This document shows, piece by piece, positions 26,901 through 39,500 of a stretch of DNA of 64,000 nt. Numbering within the stretch: position 1 is the first letter of the stretch; every line of letters starts with the position of its first letter. The stretch comes from Eledone cirrhosa. Taxonomy: Eukaryota. The position numbers and the translations under genes were made by a program. The notes beneath the pieces were generated by a model. That model saw nothing but the letters and a program-made list of their open reading frames with translations, did no database searches and was not told the DNA's origin. The stretch spans positions 310,001-374,000 of the forward strand of contig CAXHJY010000096.1 of assembly GCA_964016885.1 (NCBI GenBank), in the 5' to 3' direction.

Positions 26901-29900
26901 GAGACATATTTTCCAGCCGTCCAAGGAGAGGTAATTTCTAGCCGTCCAAGGGGAGATAAATTCCAGCCTCCAAGGGGAGATAATTTCCAGCCAGCCAAGG
27001 GGAGATAATTTGTAAAAAAAATCAGGGGGAGATAATTTGTAAAAAAAAATCAGGGGGAGATAATTTGTAAAAAAAAATCAGGGGGAGATAATTTGTAAAA
27101 AAAATCAGGGGGAGATAATTTGTAAAAAAAATCAAGGGGAGTTAATTTCCAGCCGTCCAAGGGGAGATAATTTTCATCCGTCCAAGGATAGGTAATTTCT
27201 AGCCGTCCAAGGAGAGATAATTTCCAGCCGTCCAAGGGGAGATAATTTCCAGCCGTCCAAGGGGAGATAATTTTTTTTAAAAAATCAGGCGGAGATAAGT
27301 TGTAAAAAAAAATCAGGGGGAGATAATTTGTAAAACAAAATCAGGGGGAGATAATTTGTAAAAAAAAATCAGGGGGAGATAATTTGTAAAAAAAATCAAG
27401 AGAAGATAATTTCCAGCCGTCCAAGGGAAGATAATTTCCAGCCCTCCAAGGGGCTATAATTTCCAGCGTCCAAGGGGAGATAATTTCCAGCCAGCGAAGG
27501 GGAGATAATTTTTAAAAAAAAATCACTGGGAGATTTGTAAAAAAAATCAGGGGGAGATAATTTGTAAAAAAAATCAAGGGGAGATAATTTCCAGCCGTCC
27601 AAAGAGAGATAATTTCTAGCCGTCCAAGGGGAGATAATTTCCAGCCAAGGGGAGATAATTTCCAGCCGTCCAAGGGAAGATAATATTTAAAAAAATCAGG
27701 CGGAGATAATTTGTAAAAAAAATCAGGGGGAGATAATTTGTAAAAAAATCAGGGGGAGATAATTTGTAAAAGAAAAATCAGGGGGAGATAATTTGTAAAA
27801 AAAATCAGGGGGAGATAATTTGTAAAAAAATCAGGGGTAGATAATTTGTAAAAAAAAATCAGGGGGAGATAATTTGTAAAAAAAAATCAGGGGGAGATAA
27901 TTTGTAAAAAAAATCAGGGGGAGATAATTTGTAAAAAAAAATCAGGGGGAGATAATTTGTAAAAAAAATCAAGGGGAGATAATTTGCAGCCGTCCAAGGG
28001 GAGATAATTTTCAGCCGTCCAGGGGGAGATAATTTCCAGCCGTCCAAGGGGAGATAATTTCCAGCCGTCCAAGGAGACATATTTTCCAGCCGTCCAAGGA
28101 GAGGTAATTTCTAGCCGTCCAAGGGGAGATAAATTCCAGCCTCCAAGGGGAGATAATTTCCAGCCAGCCAAGGGGAGATAATTTGTAAAAAAATCAGGGG
28201 GAGATAATTTGTAAAAAAAATCAGGGGGAGATAATTTGTAACAAAAAATCAGGGGGAGATAATTTGTAAAAAAAAATCAGGGGGAGATAATTTGTAAAAA
28301 AAATCAGGGGGAGATAATTTGTAAAGAAAATCAAGGGGAGTTAATTTCCAGCCGTCCAAGGGGAGATAATTTTCATCCGTCCAAGGATAGGTAATTTCTA
28401 GCCGTCCAAGGAGAGATAATTTCCAGCCGTCCAAGGGGAGATAATTTCCAGCCGTCCAAGGGGAGATAATTTTTTTAAAAAAATCAGGCGGAGATAAGTT
28501 GTAAAAAAAATCAGGGGGAGATAATTTGTAAAAAAAAATCAGGGGGAGATAATTTGTAAAAAAAAATCAGGGGGAGATAATTTGTAAAAAAAATCAAGAG
28601 AAGATAATTTCCAGCCGTCCAAGTGAAGATAATTTCCAGCCCTCCAAGGGGCTATAATTTCCAGCGTCCAAGGGGAGATAATTTCCAGCCAGCGAAGGGG
28701 AGATAATTTTTTAAAAAAAATCAGTGGGAGATTTGTAAAAAAAATCAGGGAGAGATAATTTGTAAAAAAAATCAAGGGGAGATAATTTCCAGCCGTCCAA
28801 AGAGAGATAATTTCTAGCCGTCCAAGAGGAGATAATTTCCAGCCAAGGGGAGATAATTTCCAGCCGTCCAAGGGAAGATAATATTTAAAAAAATCAGGCG
28901 GAGATAATTTGTAAAAAAAATCAGGGGGAGATAATTTGTAAAAAAAATCAGGGGGAGATAATTTGTAAAAAAAATCAGGGGTAGATAATTTGTAAAAAAA
29001 AATCAGGGGGAGATAATTTGTAAAAAAAAATCAGGGGGAGATAATTTGTAAAAAAAATCAGGGGGAGATAATTTGTAAAAAAAAATCAGGGGGAGATAAT
29101 TTGTAAAAAAAATCAAGGGGAGATAATTTGCAGCCGTCCAAGGGAAGATAATTTTCAGCCGTCCAAGGAGAGACAATTTCTAGCCGTCCAAGGGGAGATA
29201 ATTTCCAGCCGTCCAAGGGGAGATAATTTCCAGCCGTCCAAGGGGAGATAATTTTTTTAAAAAAATCAGGCGGAGATAATTTGTATAAAAAAAATCAGGG
29301 GGAGATAATTTGTAAAAAAAAATCAGGGGGAGATAATTTGTAAAAAAAAATCAGGGGGAGATAATTTGTAAAAAAAATCAAGGGGAGATAATTTCCAGCC
29401 GTCCAAGGGAAGATAATTTCCAGCCGTCCAAGGGAAGATAATTTCCAGCCCTCCAAGGGGCTATAATTTCCAGCGTCCAAGGGGAGATAATTTCCAGCCG
29501 TCCAAGGGGAGATAATTTTTAAAAAAATCAGGTGGAGATAATTTGTAAAAATAATCAGGGGAAGATAATTTGTAAAAACAAAATCAAGGGCAGATAATTT
29601 CCAGCCGTCCAAGGGGAGATAATTTCCAGCAGTGCAAGGGGAGATAATTTCCAGCCGTCCAAGGGGAGATAATTTCCAACCTTCCAAGGGGAGATAATTT
29701 CCAGCCGTCCAAGGATAGATAATTTCCCGCCAGCCAAGGAGAGATAATATTTAAAAAAATCAGGCGGAGATAATTTGTAAAAAAAATCAGGGGGAGATAA
29801 TTTGTAAAAAAAATCAGGGGGAGATAATTTGTAAAAAAAAATCAGGGGTAGATAATTTGTAAAAAAAAATCAGGGGGAGATAATTTGTAAAAAAAAAATC

Positions 29901-29965
29901 AGGGGGAGATAATTTGTAAAAAAATCAAGGGGAGATAATTTCCAGCCGTCCAAGGGGAGATAATT
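20990..29965 (+). repeat. Near-identical tandem segmental duplication, period 4,357-4,358 bp
   Basis: Paired ORFs at constant offset (21263/25621, 22361/26719, 23502/27859, 24182/28539, 24938/29295). Shared private variants: AAAGCAGG (~21967/26325), a 31-bp deletion (~22440/26798), TCCAGGGGG (~23661/28018), CAAGTGAAG (~24263/28620) and GAGACAAT (~24793/29170 region). Confidence 0.9.
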
Positions 29966-32900
29966 TTCAGCCGTCCAAGGAGAGGTAATTTCTAGCCGTC
30001 CAAGGGGAGATAATTTCCAGCCGTCCAAGGGGAGATAATTTTAAAAAAAAATCAGGCGGAGATAATTTGTAAACAAAAATCAGGGGGAGATAATTTGTAA
30101 AAAGAAATCAGGGGGAGATAACTTGTAAAAAAAATCAGGGGGAGATAATTTGTAAAAAAAATCAAGGGGAGATAATTTCCAGCCGTCCAAGGGGAGGTAA
30201 TATCTAGCCGTCCAAGGGGAGGTAATATCTAGCCATCCAAGGGGAGATAATTTCCAGCCGTCCAAGGGGAGATAATTTCCAGCCGTCCAAGGGGAGATAA
30301 TTTCCAGCCGTCCAAGGAGACATATTTTCCAGCCGTCCAAGGAGAGGTAATTTCTAGCCGTCCAAGGGGAGATAAATTCCAGCCTCCAAGGGGAGATAAT
30401 TTCCAGCCAGCCAAGGGGAGATAATTTGTAAAAAAATCAGGGGGAGATAATTTGTAAAAAAAATCAGGGGGAGATAATTTGTAAAAAAAAATCAGGGGGA
30501 GATAATTTGTAAAAAAAAATCAGGGGGAGATAATTTGTAAAAAAAATCAAGGGGAGATAATTTCCAGACGTCCAAGGGGAGATAATTTTCAGCCGTCCAA
30601 GGAGAGGTAATTTCTAGCCGTCCAAGGAGAGATAATTTCCAGCCGTCCAAGGGGAGATAATTTCCAGCCGTCCAAGGGGAGATAATTTTTTAAAAAAAAT
30701 CAGGCGGAGATAAGTTGTAAAAAAAAATCAGGGGGAGATAATTTGTAAAAAAAAATCAGGGGGAGATAATTTGTAAAAAAAAATCAGGGGGAGATAATTT
30801 GTAAAAAAAAATCAAGGGGAGATAATTTCCAGCCGTCCAAGGGAAGATAATTTCCAGCCGTCCAAGGGGAGATAATTTCTAGCCGTCCAAGGGGAGATAA
30901 TTTTAAAAAAAAAATCAGGCGGAGATAAGTTGTAAAAAAAATCAGGGGGAGATAATTTGTAAAAAAAAATCAGGGGGAGATAATTTGTAAAAAAATCAAG
31001 GGGAGATAATTTCCAGCCGTCCAAGGGGAGATAATTTTCAGCCGTCCAAGGAGAGGTAATTTCTAGCCGTCCAAGGGGAGATAATTTCCAGCCGTCCAAG
31101 GGGAGATAATTTCCAGCCGTCTAAGGGGAGATAATATTTAAAAAAAAATCAGGCGGAGATAATTTGTAAACAAAAATCAGGGGGAGATAATTTGTAAAAA
31201 TAAATCAGCGGGAGATAATTTGTAAAAAAAAATCAGGGGGAGATAATTTGTAAAAAAAATCAAGGGGAGATAATTTCCAGCCGTCCAAGGGGAGGTAATA
31301 TCTAGCCATCCAAGGGGAGATAATTTCCAGCCGTCCAAGGGGAGATAATTTCCAGCCGTCCAAGGGGAGATAATTTCCAGCCGTCCAAGGAGACATATTT
31401 TCCAGCCGTCCAAGGAGAGGTAATTTCTAGCCGTCCAAGGGGAGATAAATTCCAGCCTCCAAGGGGAGATAATTTCCAGCCAGCCAAGGGGAGATAATTT
31501 GTAAAAAAAATCAGGGGGAGATAATTTGTAAAAAAAAATCAGGGGGAGATAATTTGTAAAAAAAAATCAGGGGGAGATAATTTGTAAAAAAAATCAGGGG
31601 GAGATAATTTGTAAAAAAATCAAGGGGAGTTAATTTCCAGCCGTCCAAGGGGAGATAATTTTCATCCGTCCAAGGATAGGTAATTTCTAGCCGTCCAAGG
31701 AGAGATAATTTCCAGCCGTCCAAGGGGAGATAATTTCCAGCCGTCCAAGGGGAGATAATTTTTTTAAAAAAATCAGGCGGAGATAAGTTGTAAAAAAAAA
31801 TCAGGGGGAGATAATTTGTAAAACAAAATCAGGGGGAGATAATTTGTAAAAAAAAATCAGGGGGAGATAATTTGTAAAAAAAATCAAGAGAAGATAATTT
31901 CCAGCCGTCCAAGGGAAGATAATTTCCAGCCCTCCAAGGGGCTATAATTTCCAGCGTCCAAGGGGAGATAATTTCCAGCCAGCGAAGGGGAGATAATTTT
32001 TTAAAAAAAATCACTGGGAGATTTGTAAAAAAAATCAGGGGGAGATAATTTGTAAAAAAAATCAAGGGGAGATAATTTCCAGCCGTCCAAAGAGAGATAA
32101 TTTCTAGCCGTCCAAGGGGAGATAATTTCCAGCCAAGGGGAGATAATTTCCAGCCGTCCAAGGGAAGATAATATTTAAAAAAATCAGGCGGAGATAATTT
32201 GTAAAAAAAATCAGGGGGAGATAATTTGTAAAAAAATCAGGGGGAGATAATTTGTAAAAGAAAAATCAGGGGGAGATAATTTGTAAAAAAAATCAGGGGG
32301 AGATAATTTGTAAAAAAATCAGGGGTAGATAATTTGTAAAAAAAAATCAGGGGGAGATAATTTGTAAAAAAAAATCAGGGGGAGATAATTTGTAAAAAAA
32401 ATCAGGGGGAGATAATTTGTAAAAAAAAATCAGGGGGAGATAATTTGTAAAAAAAATCAAGGGGAGATAATTTGCAGCCGTCCAAGGGGAGATAATTTTC
32501 AGCCGTCCAAGGAGAGATAATTTCTAGCCGTCCAAGGGGAGATAATTTCCAGCCGTCCAAGGGGAGATAATTTCCATCCTTCCAAGGGGAGATAATTTCC
32601 CGCCAGCCAAGGGGAGATAATATTTAAAAAAATCAGGCGTAGATAATTTGTAAAAAAAATCAGGGGGAGATAATTTGTAAAAAAAAAATCAGGGGGAGAT
32701 AATTTGTAAAAAAATCAAGGGGAGATAATTTCCAGCCGTCCAAGGGGAGATAATTTTCAGTCGTCCAAGGAGAGGTAATTTCCAGCTGTCCAAGGGGAGA
32801 TAATTTCCAGCCGTCCAAGGAGACATATTTTCCAGCCGTCCAAGGAGAGGTAATTTCTAGCCGTCCAAGGGGAGATAAATTCCAGCCTCCAAGGGGAGAT

Positions 32901-35900
32901 AATTTCCAGCCAGCCAAGGGGAGATAATTTGTAAAAAAATCAGGGGGAGATAGTTTGTAAAAAAAATCAGGGGGAGATAATTTGTAAAAAAAAATCAGGG
33001 GGAGATTTGTAAAAAAAATCAGAGGGAGATAATTTGTAAAAAAAATCAAAGAGAGATAATTTCCAGCCATCCAAAGAGAGATAATTTCTAGCCGTCCAAG
33101 GGGAGATAATTTCCAGCCAAGGGGAGATCATTTCCAGCCGTGCAAGGGGAGATAATTTCCAGCCGTCCAAGGGGAGATAATTTCCATCCTTCCAAGGGGA
33201 GATAATTTCCAGCCGTCCAAGGGGAGATAATTTCCCGCCAGCCAAGGGAAGATAATTTTTAAAAAAATCAGGCGGAGATTGTAAAAAAAATCAGGGGGAG
33301 ATAATTTGTAAAAAAATCAGGGGGAGATAATTTGTAAAAAAAAAATCAGGGGGAGATAATTTGTAAAAAAAAATCAGGGGGAGATAATTTGTAAAAAAAA
33401 ATCAGGGGAGATAATTTGCAAAAAAAATCAGGGGGAGATAATTTGTAAAAAAAAATCAAGCGGAGATAATTTGCAGCCGTCCAAGGGGAGATAATTTCCC
33501 GCCAGCCAAGGAGAGATAATATTTAAAAAAATCAAGCGGAGATAATTTGTAAAAAAAATCAGGGGGAGATAATTTGTAAAAAAAATCAGGGGGAGATAAT
33601 TTGTAAAAAAAATCAGGGGGAGATAATTTGTAAAAAAAAATCAGGGTGAGATAATTTGTAAAAAAATCAAGGGGAGATAATTTCCAGCCGTCCAAGGGGA
33701 GATAATTTTCAGCCGTCCAAGGAGAGGTAATTTCTAGCCGTCCAAGGGGAGATAATTTCCAGCCGTCCAAGGGGAGATAATTTCCAGCCGTCCAAGTGGA
33801 GATAATTTCCAGCCGTCCAAGGAGACATATTTTCCAGCCGTCCAAGGAGAGGTAATTTCTAGCCGTCCAAGGGGAGATAAATTCCTGCCTCCAAGGGGAG
33901 ATAATTTCCAGCCAGCCAAGGGGAGATAATTTGTAAAAAAATCAGGGGGAGATAATTTGTAAAAAAAATCAGGGGGAGATAATTTGTAAAAAAAAATCAG
34001 GGGGAGATAATTTGTAAAAAAAAATCAGGGGAGATAATTTGTAAAAAAAATCAGGGGGAGATAATTTGTAAAAAAAATCAAGGGGAGATAATTTCCAGCC
34101 GTCCAAGGGGAGATAATTTTCAATTGTCCAAGGAGAGGTAATTTCTAGCCGTCCAAGGAGAGATAATTTCCAGCCGTCCAAGGGGAGATAATTTCCAGCC
34201 GTCCAAGGGGAGATGATTTTTTAAAAAAAATCAGGCGGAGATAAGTTGTAAAAAAAAATCAGGGGGAGATAATTTGTAAAAAAAAATCAGGGGGAGATAA
34301 TTTGTAAAAAAAAATCAGGGGGAGATAATTTGTAAAAAAAATCAAGGGGAGATAATTTCCAGCCGTCCAAGGGAAGATAATTTCCAGCCCTCCAAGGGGC
34401 TATAATTTCCAGCGTCCAAGGGGAGATAATTTCCAGCCAGCGAAGGGGAGATAATTTTTTAAAAAAATCACTGGGATATTTGTAAAAAAAATCAGGGAGA
34501 GATAATTTGTAAAAAAAATCAAGGGGAGATAATTTCCAGCCGTCCAAAGAGAGATAATTTCTAGCCATCCAAGGGGAGATAATTTCCAGCCTTCCAAGGG
34601 GAGATAATTTTTTAAAAAATCAGGTGGAGATAATTTGTAAAAAAAATCAGTGGAAGATAATTTGTAAAAAGAAAATCAAGGGCAGATAATTTCCAGCCGT
34701 CCAAGGGGAGATAATTTCCCGCCAGCCAAGGGAAGATAATATTTAAAAAAATCAGGTGGAGATAATTTGTAAAAAAAATCAGGGGGAGATAATTTGTAAA
34801 AAAATCAGGGGGAGATAATTTGTAAAAGAAAAATCAGGGGGAGATAATTTGTAAAAAGAAAATCAAGGGGAGATAATTTCCAGCCGTCCAAGGGGAGATA
34901 ATTTCCCGCCAGCCAAGGAGAGATAATATTTAAAAAAATCAGGCGGAGATAATTTGTAAAAAAAATCAGGGGGAGATAATTTGTAAAAAAAATCAGGGGG
35001 AGATAATTTGTAAAAAAAATCAGGGGGAGATAATTTGTAAAAAAAAATCAGGGGGAGATAATTTGTAAAAAAATCAAGGGGAGATAATTTCCAGCCGTCC
35101 AAGGGGAGATAATTTTCAGCCGTCCAAGGAGAGGTAATTTCTAGCCGTCCAAGGGGAGATAATTTCCAGCCGTCCAAGGGGAGATAATTTCCAGCCGTCC
35201 AACGGGAGATAATTTTTTAAAAAAAATCAGGCGGAGATAATTTGTAAACAAAAATCAGGGGCAGATAATTTGTAAAAAAAAATCAGGGGGAGATAATTTG
35301 TAAAAAAAAATCAGGGGGAGATAATTTGTAAAAAAAATCAAGGGGAGATAATTTCCAGCCGTCCAAGGGGAGGTAATATCTAGCCATCCAAGGGGAGATA
35401 ATTTCCAGCCGTCCAAGGGGAGATAATTTCCAGCCGTCCAAGGGGAGATAATTTGTAAAAAAAAATCAGAGGGAGATAATTTGTAAAAAAAATCAGGGGG
35501 AGATAATTTGTAAAAAAAATCAAGGGGAGTTAATTTCCAGCCGTCCAAGGGGAGATAATTTTCATCCGTCCAAGGATAGGTAATTTCTAGCCGTCCAAGG
35601 AGAGATAATTTCCAGCCGTCCAAGGGGAGATAATTTCCAGCCGTCCAAGGGGAGATAATTTTTTTAAAAAAATCAGGCGGAGATAAGTTGTAAAAAAAAA
35701 TCAGGGGGAGATAATTTGTAAAAAAAAATCAGGGGGAGATAATTTGTAAAAAAAAATCAGGGGGAGATAATTTGTAAAAAAAATCAAGAGAAGATAATTT
35801 CCAGCCGTCCAAGGGAAGATAATTTCCAGCCCTCCAAGGGGCTATAATTTCCAGCGTCCAAGGGGAGATAATTTCCAGCCAGCGAAGGGGAGATAATTTT

Positions 35901-36559
35901 AAAAAAAAATCACTGGGAGATTTGTAAAAAAAATCAGGGGGAGATAATTTGTAAAAAAAATCAAGGGGAGATAATTTCCAGCCGTCCAAAGAGAGATAAT
36001 TTCTAGCCGTCCAAGGGGAGATAATTTCCAGCCAAGGGGAGATAATTTCCAGCCGTCCAAGGGAAGATAATATTTAAAAAAATCAGGCGGAGATAATTTG
36101 TAAAAAAAATCAGGGGGAGATAATTTGTAAAAAAATCAGGGGGAGATAATTTGTAAAAGAAAAATCAGGGGGAGATAATTTGTAAAAAAAATCAGGGGGA
36201 GATAATTTGTAAAAAAAATCAGGGGTAGATAATTTGTAAAAAAAAATCAGGGGGAGATAATTTGTAAAAAAAAATCAGGGGGAGATAATTTGTAAAAAAA
36301 ATCAGGGAGAGATAATTTGTAAAAAAAAATCAGGGGGAGATAATTTGTAAAAAAAATCAAGGGGAGATAATTTGCAGCCGTCCAAGGGGAGATAATTTTC
36401 AGCCGTCCAAGGAGAGATAATTTCTAGCCGTCCAAGGGGAGATAATTTCCAGCCGTCCAAGGGGAGATAATTTCCAGCCGTCCAAGGGGAGATAATTTTT
36501 TTAAAAAAATCAGGCGGAGATAATTTGTATAAAAAAAATCAGGGGGAGATAATTTGTAA

Positions 36560-39500
36560 AAAAAAATCAGGGGGAGATAATTTGTAAAAAAAAATCAGGG
36601 GGAGATAATTTGTAAAAAAAATCAAGGGGAGATAATTTCCAGCCGTCCAAGGGAAGATAATTTCCAGCCGTCCAAGGGAAGATAATTTCCAGGCCTCCAA
36701 GGGGCTATAATTTCCAGCGTCCAAGGGGAGATAATTTTTTTTTTTAAAATCAGGGGGAGATAATTTGTAAAAAAATCAGGGGGAGATAATTTGTAAAAAA
36801 AATCAAGGGGAGATAATTTCCAGCCAAGGGGAGATAATTTCCAGCCGTCCAAGGGGAGATAATTTTTAAAAAAATCAGATGGAGATAATTTGTAAAAATA
36901 ATCAGGGGAAGATAATTTGTAAAAACAAAATCAAGGGCAGATAATTTCCAGCCGTCCAAGGGGAGATAATTTCCAGCAGTGCAAGGGGAGATAATTTCCA
37001 GCCGTCCAAGGGGAGATAATTTCCAACCTTCCAAGGGGAGATAATATTTAAAAAAATCAGGCGGAGATAATTTGTAAAAAAAATCAGGGGGAGATAATTT
37101 GTAAAAAAAATCAGGGGGAGATAATTTGTAAAAAAAAATCAGGGGTAGATAATTTGTAAAAAAAAATCAGGGGGAGATAATTTGTAAAAAAAAAATCAGG
37201 GGGAGATAATTTGTAAAAAAATCAAGGGGAGATAATTTCCAGCCGTCCAAGGGGAGATAATTTTCAGCCGTCCAAGGAGAGGTAATTTCTAGCCGTCCAA
37301 GGGGAGATAATTTCCAGCCGTCCAAGGGGAGATAATTTTTTAAAAAAAATCAGGCGGAGATAATTTGTAAACAAAAATCAGGGGGAGATAATTTGTAAAA
37401 AGAAATCAGGGGGAGATAACTTGTAAAAAAAATCAGGGGGAGATAATTTGTAAAAAAAATCAAGGGGAGATAATTTCCAGCCGTCCAAGGGGAGGTAATA
37501 TCTAGCCATCCAAGGGGAGATAATTTCCAGCCGTCCAAGGGGAGATAATTTCCAGCCGTCCAAGGGGAGATAATTTCCAGCCGTCCAAGGAGACATATTT
37601 TCCAGCCATCCAAGGAGAGGTAATTTCTAGCCGTCCAAGGGGAGATAAATTCCAGCCTCCAAGGGGAGATAATTTCCAGCCAGCCAAGGGGAGATAATTT
37701 GTAAAAAAATCAGGGGGAGATAATTTGTAAAAAAAAATCAGGGGGAGATAATTTGTAAAAAAAATCAGGGGGAGATAATTTGTAAAAAAAAATCAGGGGG
37801 AGATAATTTGTAAAAAAAATCAAGGGGAGATAATTTCCAGACGTCCAAGGGGAGATAATTTCCAGCCGTCCAAGGGGAGATAATTTTTTAAAAAAAATCA
37901 GGCGGAGATAAGTTGTAAAAAAAAATCAGGGGGAGATAATTTGTAAAAAAAAATCAGGGGGAGATAATTTGTAAAAAAAAATCAGGGGGAGATAATTTGT
38001 AAAAAAAATCAAGGGGAGATAATTTCCAGCCGTCCAAGGGAAGATAATTTCCAGCCGTCCAAGGGGAGATAATTTCTAGCCGTCCAAGGGGAGATAATTT
38101 TTTAAAAAAAATCAGGCGGAGATAAGTTGTAAAAAAAATCAGGGGGAGATAATTTGTAAAAAAAATCAGGGGGAGATAATTTGTAAAAAAAAATCAGGGG
38201 GAGATAATTTGTAAAAAAAAATCAGGGGGAGATAATTTGTAAAAAAAATCAAGGGGAGATAATTTCCAGCCGTCCAAGGGGAGGTAATATCTAGCCATCC
38301 AAGGGGAGATAATTTCCAGCCGTCCAAGGGGAGATAATTTCCAGCCGTCCAAGGGGAGATAATTTGTAAAAAAATCAGGGGGAGATAATTTGTAAAAAAA
38401 ATCAGGGGGAGATAATTTGTAAAAAAAAATCAGGGGGAGATAATTTGTAAAAAAAAATCAGGGGAGATAATTTGTAAAAAAAATCAGGGGGAGATAATTT
38501 GTAAAAAAAATCAAGGGGAGATAATTTCCAGCCGTCCAAGGGGAGATAATTTTCAATTGTCCAAGGAGAGGTAATTTCTAGCCGTCCAAGGAGAGATAAT
38601 TTCCAGCCGTCCAAGGGGAGATAATTTCCAGCCGTCCAAGGGGAGATGATTTTTTAAAAAAAATCAGGCGGAGATAAGTTGTAAAAAAAAATCAGGGGGA
38701 GATAATTTGTAAAAAAAAATCAGGGGGAGATAATTTGTAAAAAAAAATCAGGGGGAGATAATTTGTAAAAAAAATCAAGGGGAGATAATTTCCAGCCGTC
38801 CAAGGGAAGATAATTTCCAGCCCTCCAAGGGGCTATAATTTCCAGCGTCCAAGGGGAGATAATTTCCAGCCAGCGAAGGGGAGATAATTTTTTTAAAAAA
38901 ATCACTGGGATATTTGTAAAAAAAATCAGGGGGAGATAATTTGTAAAAAAAATCAAGGGGAGATAATTTCCAGCCGTCCAAAGAGAGATAATTTCTAGCC
39001 GTCCAAGGGGAGATAATTTCCAGCCTTCCAAGGGGAGATAATTTTTAAAAAAATCAGGTGGAGATAATTTGTAAAAAAAATCAGTGGAAGATAATTTGTA
39101 AAAAGAAAATCAAGGGCAGATAATTTCCAGCCGTCCAAGGGGAGATAATTTCCCGCCAGCCAAGGGAAGATAATATTTAAAAAAATCAGGCGGAGATAAT
39201 TTGTAAAAAAAATCAGGGGGAGATAATTTGTAAAAAAATCAGGGGGAGATAATTTGTAAAAGAAAAATCAGGGGGAGATAATTTGTAAAAAGAAAATCAA
39301 GGGGAGATAATTTCCAGCCGTCCAAGGGGAGATAATTTCCCGCCAGCCAAGGAGAGATAATATTTAAAAAAATCAGGCGGAGATAATTTGTAAAAAAAAT
39401 CAGGGGGAGATAATTTGTAAAAAAAATCAGGGGGAGATAATTTGTAAAAAAAATCAGGGGGAGATAATTTGTAAAAAAAAAATCAGGGGGAGATAATTTG

